From Macrostomum hystrix (taxonomy: Eukaryota > Animalia > Platyhelminthes), in contig CATNEN010000007.1 of assembly GCA_950097015.1 (NCBI GenBank), positions 13,020,001 through 13,084,000 on the forward strand: a DNA stretch of 64,000 nt. The letters run 5' to 3'. Positions 1 to 14,100 of the stretch are shown here, in pieces. A program made the translations under genes and the position numbers. How positions within the stretch are numbered: the stretch's first letter is position 1; the number at the start of each line of letters is the position of its first letter. The notes beneath the pieces are model-generated. The model did not search any database. It was not told the DNA's origin and was given only the letters and a program-made list of their open reading frames with translations.

Positions 1-2153
1 TCAATGGTCACGTGACACTTGAATTAGCCTCAAATCCCGGTGGCTACTTCAGCCTGGACAGCGCAGGCGGGATTCTCTACCTGGCCAAAGCCATCCGGCT
101 CTGGGAGGCAGCCGACTTGGCAGCTGGTGGCGTCGCTCTGTCGGTTCGTGCTGCAGATGGCGGCTCGCCAGCCCGCACGGCTGAAGCTGCCATCCGCGTC
201 TCCGTGTCTTTAACTCCATCGCCTTGGCCGCATCTGGCAGGGACAAGCTTCAAGTTTGATCTCCCCGAGGACACGCCAGTCCACTCGTTGTTTGGCCGCA
301 TTGCAGCGGCAAGTGACAGTGCCGAAGTTGAGTTTGCCTTGTCGCCCGAATTTGCACCTCTCAGCCTGACGGACTCGCAGCAGCGGATCGGCCTGCTGGC
401 TGGCGGCGAGATCTACGTGGCCCGACAGCTGGACCGCGAAACACGTGATGTTTTCGAGTTCGCCATATTTGCTCGCTTCCTAGACGTAGGATTCGTCGCC
501 GGCCTGGCCTCCGCGAGTGTCACTGTTCGCGTCGGTGACGTAAACGACTGCGCGCCTGTGTTTGGCGCCAGTGCGGCCGGTTACGTGTTTGAGATGGCAG
601 AGAACGGAACCGCCGGGCAGTCGGTTGGCTGGGTGTTCGCAGCTGACGCTGACGCGGGGCTCAACAGTCAGGTCTCGTACGCTCTCATGGGCACCGCGGA
701 CTTCTCAGTTGACCCACTTGATGGGCAGCTTAGAGCCCTACGTGTTTTCGACCGCGAGCTGCCCACCGAGCGGCAATTTCTATTTACTGCTGTGGCAGTG
801 GACGGCGGAGACCCCGCCCTAACCGGGACAGCTGCCATTCGAGTCGTCATTGCCGATATCAACGACTGCCAGCCGCGCTTCGCCAGCTCCTGGATCAATG
901 TTAGCATTGCCGAGAACATCGCAGAGGGTGCCATCGTCACCCTACTGATTGCCACAGACGATGACGCCGCGGGCGACAATTCAGTTGTGTCGTACGCGAT
1001 TGCAACTGGAAACGAGCTCGGGCATTTTGCCCTGAGCGAAACCACAGGCGAGCTAAGGGTGGCAAAGTCGCTCGACCGCGAGGCCCAGGACGGTTTCCGA
1101 CTAGTTGTGACGGCTGCCGACCGCGGACATCCACCGCTAACGTCTACTGCTACGGTCGTTGTTCGTGTGACGGATGTCAACGATCACAAGCCCGTGTTTG
1201 CCAACGCGACTCTGACTGAGGTCTTAGTTTCAGAGGCAGCCTCATTAGGCACCGTTATCTACAGCTTCCAGGCCTCTGATGAGGACAATGTCAACTCCTG
1301 GCTATTGAAATTCTCCATCACAGTTGGCAACGTTGGTGATGTCTTCGGTCTTGATGCCTCCACCGGTCATTTGTTCGTAGCATCGGCTCTAGATTTTGAA
1401 ACTCGCGCCTCATACGACCTGGCCGTTCGTGTGACCGACTCTGGCGGCCTGTTTTCGGAGATTCCTTTTGTGGTCCGCGTCTTGAACTTAAATGACAACT
1501 CACCTGTCTTCAAGCTGACAGCACCGCTCGTCCTTCACGCTGCGGAGAATTTGACTGCCCCTGCGCTGCTCGGCCAGGTGACTGCTGCCGACGCCGACCC
1601 TGGTGACGTCATTTCCTACCGACTGATCTTCCAAGAACCTTACGGCAATGAGTTCGCCGTTGATGCTTTCACTGGTGACATTCGGGCTGTCCGTGCTTTG
1701 GATCGCGAGCGGGTAGCCGTCTACAAGCTGTACATCGCTGCTGTGGACTTGCCGGGCCCAGCCCAGCTCACCTCCACCACGACTGTCGTCACCATTGTCG
1801 TAGACGATGTGGACGACAACTTGCCCATTCTGCTGACGCCGCCAGCTGTCCTGCTGCCGTTCACAATGTCCGCGGGATCCAGGGTCTCCCGTCTGCTCGC
1901 CACGGACGCCGACCAGGGTGACAACGCACTGATCGCCTACGGCCTCACCGGGCCAGACGCGTCGATGTTTAGAGTCGACCGCAGCAACGGTATCGTCACC
2001 CTGCTGGCTGACCCTTCCGCCAGAACCGGCCTCCGAGCCTTCTACAACCTCAGCGTCCTGCTATCTGGGGCTGCTTCGGAGCCGCTGACGCTCCTCAGCC
2101 AGTCGCAAGATGGCTCGGGGCCTGTCTTCACGCAGGCTGCCTACTGGGCTCAG
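1..2153 (+). CDS. fat4: Fat exon (cadherin repeats), open at the window start
   Basis: ORF 12..2213 with LDRE/DVNDCAP motifs; donor CAG|GTGGGT at 2153/2154, phase 0. Confidence 0.9.
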
Positions 2154-5100
2154 GTGGGTTTCTACTGCTCCGCAAAAATATGCTTCGAATATTGTTCAGT
2201 TAAACTCAGTTAAACTTCGATCATCCAGGGTGCAAACATGCGTAATCGGGCTAATATTCGTAGGGCTCATTTCTCTAATCCCAAGGAAACGAGGTCCTCT
2301 GCTATTAGCTTCCCCACTGAGATCTGGAAGCTGTCACCGCCACTATGCAGACAGCGAACCGAGGGAAAGGAACGTGCCAAACAACATCGGGCAGCCAAGC
2401 GCTGGTTTTCCCCTCACTTCTCTCTCCTCACAGTCAACCGGAGGGACTCGGCAGGTGGTCGCACTGGGCAGCCTGCAGAGACTGCAGGCAAATAGTGCAG
2501 CGGTTCATTCCCATTGGGCAACTTCTGTTTTGGGGAGCTCTTTTGTGCTCTGTTGGTACTCTTCAGGTAGGGAGGGAAGAGTTTGAGCAGAACAATGTCA
2601 GGCCACGCATTTCAGTGCAGCGGCTGTCTCTGCCTGGCTGCCTCTCTCGCGCGGGCTTTCTGGTGCTGCGCTTTGGTCCTGCAGTGCAAGCGGGCACGCA
2701 GGAGCTTGTGCTCACGTGGCTCTGCTCCACCGCTCAAAGTTGGAGGCTGGGCGCCCCTCCCTGCCCTTTTCCCTCTCCGTACTCGCCCTGCCTGTCACCC
2801 GCCAGCCTTCAATGCCCTCACCGCTCCATGACTGCTCAGTGCTGACTCTCCCTGGGCCTCATCGGATGGAGGAAATCCAGGATTTTTTAGCAGAGAAAAT
2901 TAGGCAACCTGTCCCACAATGAGCCAGCCTTTCAGTCCAATCAAAATTCATTCCGGGGAATCTTTTATGCGTGCAACCGTCACTCCTACATTTGCACTCG
3001 TTAATTTCGCCTAGGAAGACATTCTGGGCCTTTATTGTTCTCGGTGGTCTAACAATTTCGATTCCAGCTGTCCATTGCTTTGTGAGCTCGGTGACTTTCA
3101 GGGGCACAAAGACTCACCACTCGGGCCGGTGACAGATCTCAGCTGGGATAATGAAGGCCCTCATTAAAACAGCAGCCGACAATCAAAAATAGCTATTTTG
3201 GCTACAATCGGTCTGTATATTTAATTGCCCCACTCCGCGACTGTTCAGGCAAAATGGGGCCATGCTGGGTTTTTAGGCACGGACGATTGACTGGCCCAAC
3301 ACGGCACCCGACTTGCAATCGCAGGGGTGCCCTCGCACGGGATGCATCGAACCGCTGTGGGTTGGGGTTTGCGATTAGTCGTTACATCTACCAACCAACC
3401 GCATCGCAGGTAACGGAGGGCCTGGCAGAAGGCCAAGAGATCCTCCGGGTGCGAGCGCAGTACCAGTCCGGCGCCGGCGGCAGCGGCGGCATTCGCTACT
3501 TCATCAGCGGCATCTTCGCCGGCAACCAGAGCCAGCCGCAGTCCCGCCGGTTATTCCAGCTCGACCCGGTCGAGGGCGTGCTGCGCTCGGGGCCGCAGCC
3601 ATTGGACAGGGAGGCCACTCCAGTCGGCCAGTACCAGGTCGAGATCACCGCTGCTGACTTTGCTGGCAGCGGCGCCAGCACCGTCACCGCCTACGTGAGC
3701 GGGGGAGGCTGGGTAGAGGGCAACCGGATGTGTTAGAGGCAACCAGCTGAGCTAGTGGGCAACCAGCTGTGCTAGTGGGCAACCAGCTGTGCTAGTGGGC
3801 AACCAGCTGTGCTAGTGGGCAACCAGCTGAGCTAGTGGGCAACCAGCTGTGCTAGTGGGCAACCAGCTGAGCTAGTGGGCAACCAGCTGAGCTAGTGGGC
3901 AACCAGCTGTGCTAGTGGGCAACCAGCTGAGCTAGTGGGCAACCAGCTGTGCTAGTGGGCAACCAGCTGTGCTAGTGGGCAACCAGCTGTGCTAGTGGGC
4001 AACCAGTAAAGTAACGATGTTGTGTGTATAGCGGGTGTAGTAGAGGTGTAGCGGGTGTAGTAGAGGTGTAGCGGGTGTAGTAGAGGTGTAGCGGGTGTAG
4101 TAGAGGTGTAGCGGGTGTAGTAGAGGTGTAGCGGGTGTAGTAGAGGTGTAGCGGGTGTAGTAGAGGTGTAGCGGGTGTAGTAGAGGTGTAGCGGGTGTAG
4201 TAGAGGTGTAGCGGGTGTAGTAGAGGTGTAGCGGGTGTAGTAGAGGTGTAGCGGGTGTAGTAGAGGTGTAGCGGGTGTAGTAGAGGTGTAGCGGGAGTAG
4301 TAGCGGTGTATTTTAGGGTATTCGGTTGTGGCAGGGAACTCTAGTATACAGCGGTGCCTAAGAGCTATTAGCTTCATGTTTTGTTTTCGAGCAATCGAGT
4401 CGAAATTTCGAGCAATTTCCCATAACCGCTGAGCACTTGAGTTGTGTTCTGGAATTAGGGAACAAGCTCAGGACATGTTGGTGGAATTGCCAGGAGAGTG
4501 GCACAGACCGGCCTCTGAGAGTCTGGGAACAATGGCCAGCTAGCAGCGGTACAACAGTGCAGAAGGCATTAACGCGCGCGTCAGACCGATGCGAGCCCCA
4601 CCCCAACCCCAGCAGCTGCCAGCAGCAGCAATCGGCTCGCTATACTGCCAGGCAATAAAAGCTGAATTAATGAAAATGAGAGAATTCGCACTCGCCGGAC
4701 TCGAGTAGCTGGCCCCCTCCCATTATCGTGTCTCGCCTCGCACAATTGCTTCTCACAATGGCCCACTCGGTGTCCCCCCAGGCTGTTGCATTCTCTCTCT
4801 CTGGGTTTCTGTCTCCCGCCTTAGTTCCTCAGTACAAGCGGTTGAGCAGCTTGGAGGCGCTACTGCAGCGGGCCGTTAGCAGTGAGGGCAGAGGGCTGCA
4901 CAGAGCCCGAGGCTGTCTATTTGCTCTTCGTGTTTCGTTCCCTCCTGCGGTCCGTGGCGCGGGGCCCTGCGGTTTTCAGCCAGTGTTTGCTCTAGATAAT
5001 TAAGACCAGCGGACGGCACTCCCGGCAGGAGATCGAGATGCGCCCTCACCGGTGTCCGTGGCACCCGGCCAGCGTCTGTTATTTGCCATTCGGCTCAAGC

Positions 5101-8100
5101 CCCAGAGCCACAGGAATGCGGCCAGGACTGCCTGTGCCTACATGCCCACACACTTGCATGCTCACACACTTTGTACCCGCACCTTGCTTGACTGTTTTGG
5201 TGCAAACTTGCGGCCCAAGTCCCAGTTCAATCCCCTATTAAAGCCCGTCCTATTGTTTCTCATCGCTCCCCACATCCCGTGAAGCTCCCACAGCTGCATT
5301 ATTCCCATGTTTTCTTTGTCAACTTCTCCTTTGCCGCCTCCCCGAATGAATATTTATAGTTCCCAGAGTGGAATACGGAGTGGCCGTTCTCCTCGGCTCC
5401 CGCTCTGCAGGGTTCTCAAGCCCGCCCAGTGTTGGATTTCGCTATTCATGCTTCCAGGAGAAGTGGCAGCCGCGCTGCAGAGATCCCCGCGCCACGACTT
5501 CCACTGCGAGCTGTGGCCCGTGGGCGGGACTAGGGAGGAGAGCAGTGGAGGAAATGGAAAGTAAAAGCGAGTGTCAGGTCTTTGAGTGGGCTCTGAGGTG
5601 TGCGGAGGTGAGTGGGCCGCCACTCTCGCAGACCCAAGCAGATCAGGGGTTAACCCGGCCTGTCAATCTCTGGGCGTGAGAGTCCTGACAATGGCGGAGG
5701 GGGCGGGCCGGCTGCGGCTCGGAGTAGCAGGAGGGTTGCGGGACCAGTACACTCCCCCAGACAGCGAGGCCTGGCTGGGTGGCCGCGTCAGCAGACAGTG
5801 CGGGCAGCTCTGCCTTGTTCCAGTGACTCAGCCAAGCAACCGGGCAGAACTTTCGCTCTCCTTTTCTTCCTGCCTGCCCCAGTGTTTCTGGCTGTGTTTC
5901 TTCTCCTTTAAGCCTGCCAACGCCCTCCCGGCTCCCCAGCAGCCGGCAGTGAGTCTGCTCGGAGACAAAGCAGAGCACACCTTGGGCTTCTGCTACTGTC
6001 TGTTTGCTCTGCCAGGCCCCCTAACAATCCGCACCCCGCCACTGTAACCTTTTTTGGGAACTTAGCTCAAATTTCTTGTGCAAGCCTGTCTGAGTCAAGA
6101 CTGAAGTGCAGCTCATGGGACTGGAGGCAAGGGTGTCAGGCGCATAGTGAGACTGCAGTGAGATGTGCAGCTCATGGGACTGGAGGCAAGGGTGTCAGGC
6201 GCATAGTGAGACTGCAGTGAGAAGTGCAGCTCATGGGACTGGAGGCAAGGGTGTCAGGCGCATAGTGAGACTGCAGTGAGAAGTGCAGCTCATGGGACTG
6301 GAGGCAAGGGTGTCAGGCGCATAGTGAGACTGCAGTGAGAAGTGCTGCTCATGGGACTGGAGGCAAGGGTGTCAGGCGCATAGTGAGACTGCAGTGAGAA
6401 GTGCAGCTCATGGGACTGGAGGCAAGGGTGTCAGGCGCATAGTGAGACTGCAGTGAGAAGTGCTGCTCATGGGACTGGAGGCAAGGGTGTCAGGCGCATA
6501 GTGAGACTGCAGTGAGAAGTGCAGCTCATGGGACTGGAGGCAAGGGTGTCAGGCGCATAGTGAGACTGCAGTGAGAAGTGCAGCTCATGGGACTGGAGGC
6601 AAGGGTGTCAGGCGCATAGTGAGACTGCAGTGAGATGTGCAGCTCATGGGACTGGAGGCAAGGGTGTCAGGCGCATAGTGAGACTGGAAGTGGGAGAATT
6701 GGGAGAAGTGGGATTCACACAGGACAACAATGGCTCTGATGTGGACTCCGTCTAATTTTCTAAAGTTGCTGGGCGGCTTGCGATGCATAATTAGCTTTTT
6801 TATTTCTTGTGGCTTTCCGAAAAGCACTGAGGCGCAGCGTGAATCAGCTTGTTCCGGCTTGTCCCGCATCTGGGTCCCGCTTCAGCTGGCTTTCATAGCC
6901 TTGAATATTAACTAATCTTTTGGCCCACCGCATGAAGCAAAAGTCGCAGAGCGCCATTCGGCTCCAAGCCTTGTGCTCTGCGGCCATCTGCTCCAGTGCC
7001 CTCTGTGGCCTTGTGATTAGGCCTTCTCAGTTTTGCTGACATTTTTCCTTGAAAATTATCTTTTGCTTTTCTTCTACGGGGCCGCGGCTTGAGTGTGGGA
7101 ACGGCGGTCCAAAGCTGGCAGGCTGAATGAGTTGCAGAGAGTCAGAGAAAGCCAGCAAGGCGCTCGCGATGAGCTTTCATAGAAAGTAATAAAACACAAT
7201 GAGCTGTGCTAGATAGAAACACCATTTTTTACTATTAGTTGCAGGAAGGCTGCGGGCAATGGCACATCATTTGGTGAGACTAAACCCGCAGCCAGCGAGG
7301 AGGCAATTCTGCCCATTTCGCTGACTCCTGAGCACACACGCACACAGATACCGTGCGCAGGCATCCGCTCACACAGGTGTGTACATCTGCCCTGACTTTC
7401 TCATCGTCAGGCAGTGTACACTCTCGCTGTGCCTTGGAGGTTGGCTCCTCAAGGGCGTAAATTGCAAGACAAGTCTCCAAGCTTTCTCTCCGCGGCTGCG
7501 CCCCAAATGAATGTGGCCTCGCCGCGGAATCGAGCTCAGGGACCTTGGTGCCAGAGGCAAATCTCTCTGCCACCCCCCCGATAGAAACACAAATGCGAGA
7601 ACCGACACAAAAGCTCAGGCTGGTTTATTCAAACCTCGGGGCGGCGACTTGAAAAGTGAGAACTGGGCCCATAGGTGCACACAAGTAGTAGGCCGCCAGG
7701 CACACCTGGCAATCAGCGCAGGTGATTCACCCGCCCTGACGAACAGCCATCTCCCCTCCCCCTGTCTCTTTGTCTTTGCGGTCGAATCTCTGGTTTCTCT
7801 GGTTCTCTAGGCTCTTCCCGCTTGGACATCCTTCAGCCTGGCGCAGTGTTTACGTATGCTAATGAGGCCGCATAATGAGGGCTTGATTGAGCCAGCCCGC
7901 AGCTGTCCTTGGCTGGTGTTGATTGCCAGCTCCGGAGTCAAGTGAGCGGCTGGAGACGGGGAGCAGGAAGGTGTTGGGCCGCATCCGGTCTGAGTCAGTT
8001 GGCCCAGTTGGCGGAACCTGAATGCGGCTACGGTGATGTAATCAAGGAGGCTCGGCCTGGCTGCAAATGTTATTACTGCTAGGAGTGTTGCCCCAGCACC

Positions 8101-11100
8101 GTGTGTCAGCACAAAGGCCTGCCCTAGCCTGGGGGCAACTGGCCGGCAGATAAATGGGAGTTCATTAAAAAAGTGCCTCCTCTGCAGCCCCAGCTTTTGT
8201 TGGGCCATGCGGCTCCCACTCAAGCTGCGGGATTTTATCCCCCGAGCACTTGGCTCACGTGTGAGAGGCTCGGAGACTGAGAGGAGAAAATTGACAGCCT
8301 CACGAAGGCAGATTGGGACAAGCCGGCCTGTCATTCCGGGAATCCCTGATCGGGGGGGGGAAGCGTGACCGAAACAATTTGAAAGAGCGGGAGGTTTGGA
8401 GTGGCTGCTGGAACAACTCCCCTCCATCAGCTCCGCCCAGAGCCTAATTGTCAGCCGGTTGTGCTGCATGAAAATCAAGGCAGGAAGAATAGGCGAGATG
8501 GCATTGGCAAATTCCCATGTGGGAGTTTTTTCCCGCCTCATATGACCTGCTGAGGCTAAACAATACGGGGGCGGCCAAATCCAAATGCCAAATCCCACCA
8601 GTATTTTCTCCCAAACTTCGTCTGCGATTCCGCAGGATTCCCCAAGCATTAACGCTTTGCTCAGATCCCCAGCATGGCCCCGCACTTGTCTCGGATGGCC
8701 CCCGACAGTCCCAGCGGGCCCACTTCAAAGCGCACGCACCGCTGGGAAGCCACACGCGACCCCTTGAACTCCTCCGGACTTGCCCTCAAACTTCGAGGCT
8801 CTGGACCCTCTGTTGAAGTCTTTCTGCGGTCTTCTCTTTGGCCTTTTCGAGCACTGCTCAGCGCTAATCTTGTTTGATGCCGCCACATCTGGGGAATATG
8901 CAAAACCCTGTGGGGAAATGGGAGCGCCATGAGAGCTCTCCTCCTGTTTCTGTCTGCCTCGGTCGATGCCAAAAATTCTTGCTTTAATGATGAAGCGAGA
9001 GGCTGCAGGCCTGGTTAGAGCTCCGAAAACTTTTTTGTGCATATTTGGCAAGCAAGCGGCAAAAGACTATGTAAGGAAATTTATCCCAAAGTCTCCCGAT
9101 CTCTCGGCCAGTGAGGCAGGCAACCCGATCGGTCGCTAATGAGGTGTGACGGAGGGCCGCTGCTTATCCCGGGCAGATGAGGCGCGGGGATGGCGGCCAG
9201 CATGTGTATCTTTTATCCATCAAGATTCAACTAGCTGGGAAATCGCTGAGTCACACGGAAGGTGTGTGAGACAGATTCGCACAAAAACTGAGATCCCCCG
9301 TTGGATTTGAGCTCATGAGGGAAGAGAGCGCTCGCCTCAGTTTCCTCTGGATTTGGCCACGGGGCTGCAGACACCTTCCCTGCCTCTGGACCTGACCACG
9401 GGACTGCAGACACCATCCCTTCCTCTGGACCTGGCCACTGGACTGCAGACACCATCCCTTCCTCTGGACCTGACCACGGGACTGCAGACACCATCCCTTC
9501 CTCTGGACCTGGCCACGGGGCTGCAGACACCATCCCTTCCTCTGGATCGGCGTGGATTTCCGCAGACAACTGTATGCAGGTGCGAACCTGTAGGCAGGTG
9601 CGACTCGCGCAGAGCTGATGGGGGGACATTAAGGAAGCTTTTAGCCGCTTGTGGACCAAGTGTTCCGTAGTGACTCAGTTGAGAAGTGACCCCACAGCCA
9701 GTGAGCGGTGTTTGCGCAAGAAATTGTGAGCTGGAGCCGGTGAGCAGGGTGTGAATTCCTCACACCCCGCTCGGTGATTAGAGGCCCCGCGCTGCTCTTG
9801 CGTAACAGTTATTATTGACCCACCCGCTGGGCCCGTGTTTGCATTGCCCGGGCGGCCGCCTCTGCCCCTCGCCAGCTCTGCAGCTCTGGATCAGGGGCAG
9901 CTGATCTGGTTATCCACACCGGGTCTGCAGCCACCGCCAACATCACTGCAGTCCGCCTGCTTCCACTGACCCTCTGCTGCTGAGCTGGGCACTTCTTTGC
10001 TTAACTTGGCTGGGAAATCTTCGGCTGGGTTAGAATCCATCATTGCACTCCAGCTCCCTGACTCAAGCCTGAAGTCTGACTCAAGCCACAAGCCTGACTC
10101 CAGCTCCCTGACACGGCAAGCCCGACTCAAGCTCACTCTCCCTAACACTGCAAGCCTGACTCAAGCTTCCTGACACTGCAAGCCTGACTCAAGCTTCCTG
10201 ACACTGCAAGCCTGACTCAAGCTCCCTGACACTGCAAGCCTGACTCAAGCTCCCTGACACGGCAAGCCTGACTCAAGCTTCCTGACACGGCAAGCCTGAC
10301 TCAAGCTTCCTGACACAACAAGCTTGACTCAAGCTCCCTAAACCTGATTGTCACGCCGCCCCAACATCCTGCAGGCCTACGTGACCCTGACTGACATCAA
10401 CGACACTCCGCCGACATTTCCGATGGCCGTGCTGGATGCCGCGGTGTCAGAGGACGCCCAGCCGCCTGTGCCGCTGACTCTGCTGGCAGCCGTGGACCCG
10501 GACTCCGCCACATCGCAGACGCTGAGCTACAGCCTGGCAGCTGGAGCTGGGGAGTCACCGGCTGAAATCTCGGTGGATGTCAGCACAGGTGCGGTTCCCC
10601 CGCCTGACATCTGCGAGCTCCCACAGTTTTATTGGGCAAAGCCAATAACTCACGACTTGTATCCGTTTTATGGGAGAGGCTTTCGGCCCGTTGACAGCGC
10701 TCTGAATTATTTATTAGTGACATTTCAGCTGCTTCAATCTCAGCACCGCATTCTTTGATACCATACAAATGCATTTATAAATAGACAGAGCAATATTTTC
10801 ATTTAAAACAGTCGGGGATTGCATGACATCGATTTGGCTCCTTTGGCAAATCAATTCCCTCATCACCAATCTCTGCATCAACCCTTACCCATCTGTTCAT
10901 CAATCCTGACCCATCTGTTCATCAATCCTGACCCATCTGTTCATCAATACTGACCCATCTGTTCATCAATACTGACCCATCTGTTCATCAATACTGACCC
11001 ATCTGTTCATCAATACTGACCCATCTGTTCATCAATCCTCGCCGACCCCTTAGGCCTCGTGAGGCTGACCCGCATGCCGAACGCCTCGCAGCTGTCAGAT

Positions 11101-14100
11101 CCGGGCCGTCGGCAGCGCCAGTACGAACTGCAGGTGACCGACGGCCGCTTCACCAGCCGCTGCCTCCTGCGCCTCTCCTTCAGCCGCTCCATGCTGCGGC
11201 CGCCCGTCTTTGTCATCGGCGCAGGCGCCGCCTTCAACGTGAGCGAAGTGGCTCCGGTCGGCAGCCTGGCGGGCGTTGTGCGGGCGGAGCCGTCGGACTC
11301 GGTTTTCAGCCTAGCCGCCCCGCTGCCCGGCCTGCCGTTCTCGCTGCAGCCGGCCACCGGCCTCCTCCTGACCGCAGGACCGCTCGACTACGAAGCCCGC
11401 AGCCACTACCTGCTGCTCCTTGTGGCCACCGACCCGGTCAGCGGCCGTGCTGCCACCGCCACTGTGGCTGTCAACATCTTGGACGTCAACGACAACCCGC
11501 CAGTGTGCGCGCAGGCTACCGCGGAAGCCGTGCTGGACGCAGCTGCGGCCTCGGCTGCACTGGCCGCGGACGCCCCAATTCTGCGGGTGGTCGCCACTGA
11601 CGCTGATGAGGGTGAGCCGGCGTGGTAAAGACCTGACAGAGAGCTCAGGGATTTGCATGAAGGTGTCCGTCAATATTTTCTCAATCAATCATTCGCTGGC
11701 AGCTCAGCTTCATGTGGGATGTTTTTCCAATTGGCTTGCTGGGGTTGGCGGGGGATATTTTCCACCTCCCTAAATTGGAGGCACTGAGGACACGTGACAA
11801 ACGGGCGCTGGGAGAATCTCCCACTTTGCCCGTCGACTCATTGCCCAGCTTCCCGCGGTGGCCTGAGGACAGCCTCCCTGACGCCCGTCCACCGCAGCCT
11901 GCGGGACAAGATGGATCGCTGAGGAGACTGGCGCGCCCGCTCTCGGGCTTAGAAGAACTGTTTCTCTCCCCAGCAGACCGGGTCGCATTTTTTGCTGAGT
12001 TTCAGCTTCTGGCCCCGGAGCCACTGACGTTTTCCCTTGCTATCAGCTTTTTATCAATGCAGTCTGCTGCATCTGAAAGTGCAGTCAGCTGCAACAGAAA
12101 CTCACCTTGCAGAGAGAGGGGGAGCCATATGGCCCGGCCTGCCACACTCCCAGCACCTCGAGTCTGCGATGAAAGGGAAGCCTTTGGGGTTGGGAAGTAT
12201 TTTTTTAGCGCATTCTCCCATTGTCCAACTCTGCCGGTGACAGGAAATTCCCGCTCAGATGGGCTGTGCTGGGCCGCCTTGAACCATTGATGGGGCCGCG
12301 GCACCCGCAGCTCGGCTTCCCAAGGACTCGTTGCCCCTCAAATCGCCAAATGGAGTCTCTGTGTGAGCGGGGGCTGCTCGGGGCTGTTTCTCATCCCTGA
12401 AAAGCGCGTTGCTCGCCTGCACCCGGATGGCTTGGAACAGCTAATTAATTATTAATTCGGGCAGGTGATGCGCCTCCCCTCCGATTCCACCGGCCGTGAC
12501 TCACTGGGCCAAAGAGGCTTTTAATGGGATCTTTAATGATTCGACTGGGGAGAAAGTGGTGGCTGGCGGTGTTGTTCGCGCTTTTTGCATTGGCCCATTA
12601 TTTTTCTTTGCCTGCAGGGCGGGACAGGCCTAATGCGAAATTGTGAGCGAGAAGGCAGGCACAGGGGAGTGACGCCGGATCCCGCTGCTTAATGCGCGGT
12701 GAATTCCGGAACCCCGCCAGTTCTTGTCGGCTTTTTTAGAGGGCATTCCACGCACGGTTGTGCGGTGGGCTGGCTGTCTCGCATCACGCCATATGGGGGG
12801 AATTGTTCCCCACACTGGGCCATCTCTCCCTTTTGTTCCCCAGCCCAGTTTGCAGTGCCAACCCGTTTCGCGGGTTGCTCCCTCCCGCACTGGTTGGCGA
12901 AAGTCTCTGCGCCTCGAGTTATCCGGTCGCGAATCCTGAGCAGTGCTGAGCAGCCGTGGCCTAGCCACCCGCGCAGGCAGGCGGAATGCGGGCGCTGTGC
13001 GCCATGGAAATGCTGCGAGTTTGTTTTTGTTGGCCAGCGCTCGGACCGATCAGGAAAAATGCGAAGCGACAGTTTGCTGCTGACCTCGGCCCGGCGAAAT
13101 CCCCTTTGCCACTTCCCATTCTGATTCCGATTCATCCCCACCGCACCGATTGCATCATCGGGGGGCGCCACGCGCTGTAGTAAATTCCCCATGCCGGCTA
13201 CACCCGAGATCCTTAGATCCCATCTGTGTGGGACTTCGAGGCTGTGTGTCGGTTGGAATATCCGTTGAAGCGTGCCAGTCCTCCCAGTCTTCCCTGCGAT
13301 CTCGCATTCGGGTCCCCACGTGTCCGGGAAATGAATTGAGCGGAGGCGTGTTGCAACACTGGCCAGCAATCACTTCCGCTAAATTTGTGCCCGCTGACCC
13401 GGGCTCCGATGCGGCGACTCCATGCGGCCGTGCTTTGTCCTACCTTCTGCTGGCATCCCATTCGCTGTTAACTGTCGCCTTTATACAGCTCGGCCTGTCA
13501 GTGATCTGTCTGTCTGTCTGTGATCGGTCTGTCTGTCTGTCAGTGATCTGTCTGTCTGTCTGTGATCTGTCTGTCTGTCTGTGATCTGTCTGTCTGTCAG
13601 TGATCTGTCTGTCTGTCTGTGATCTGTCTGTCTGTCTGTGATCTGTCTGTCTGTCAGTGATCTGTCTGTCTGTCAGTGATCTGTCTGTCTGTCTGTCAGT
13701 GATCTGTCTGTCTGTCAGTGATCTGTCTGTCTGTCTGTCAGTGATCTGTCTGTCTGTCTGCACCGCCCTCTGCTCAGCCCAGCCTTTGACAGGCTCGAGT
13801 GAGCCACGGTCTGAGCTCAGCTCCGAACTGACAGCGGTAAGAATAGAAAGAGTTTAAGCCTCTTTGAAAGCCGCCGCACCCTTGGCCCGCTGTTGACAGC
13901 TGCTTAAGTCGCAGGTTTGCGAGCAACTATGATGGCTTTAGAAAAAGGCAATTTGGCTCGCTTGTTTTCATTTTCTGCCACCTTGCCTTGGCCAGACAGT
14001 GAGTTGGCCAGAAAGATTGCAGCTGAGCACCGCTGCCCCCCGGCACATATTTTTCTGCCAGCCATTTAACTTAGCCTTCGTCTTAAACGTTTAAGTCGGA

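Noticed and set aside
7807-8685. 292-aa minus-strand ORF in a Fat intron
   Set aside because: No recognisable domain and composition typical of GC-rich non-coding DNA.
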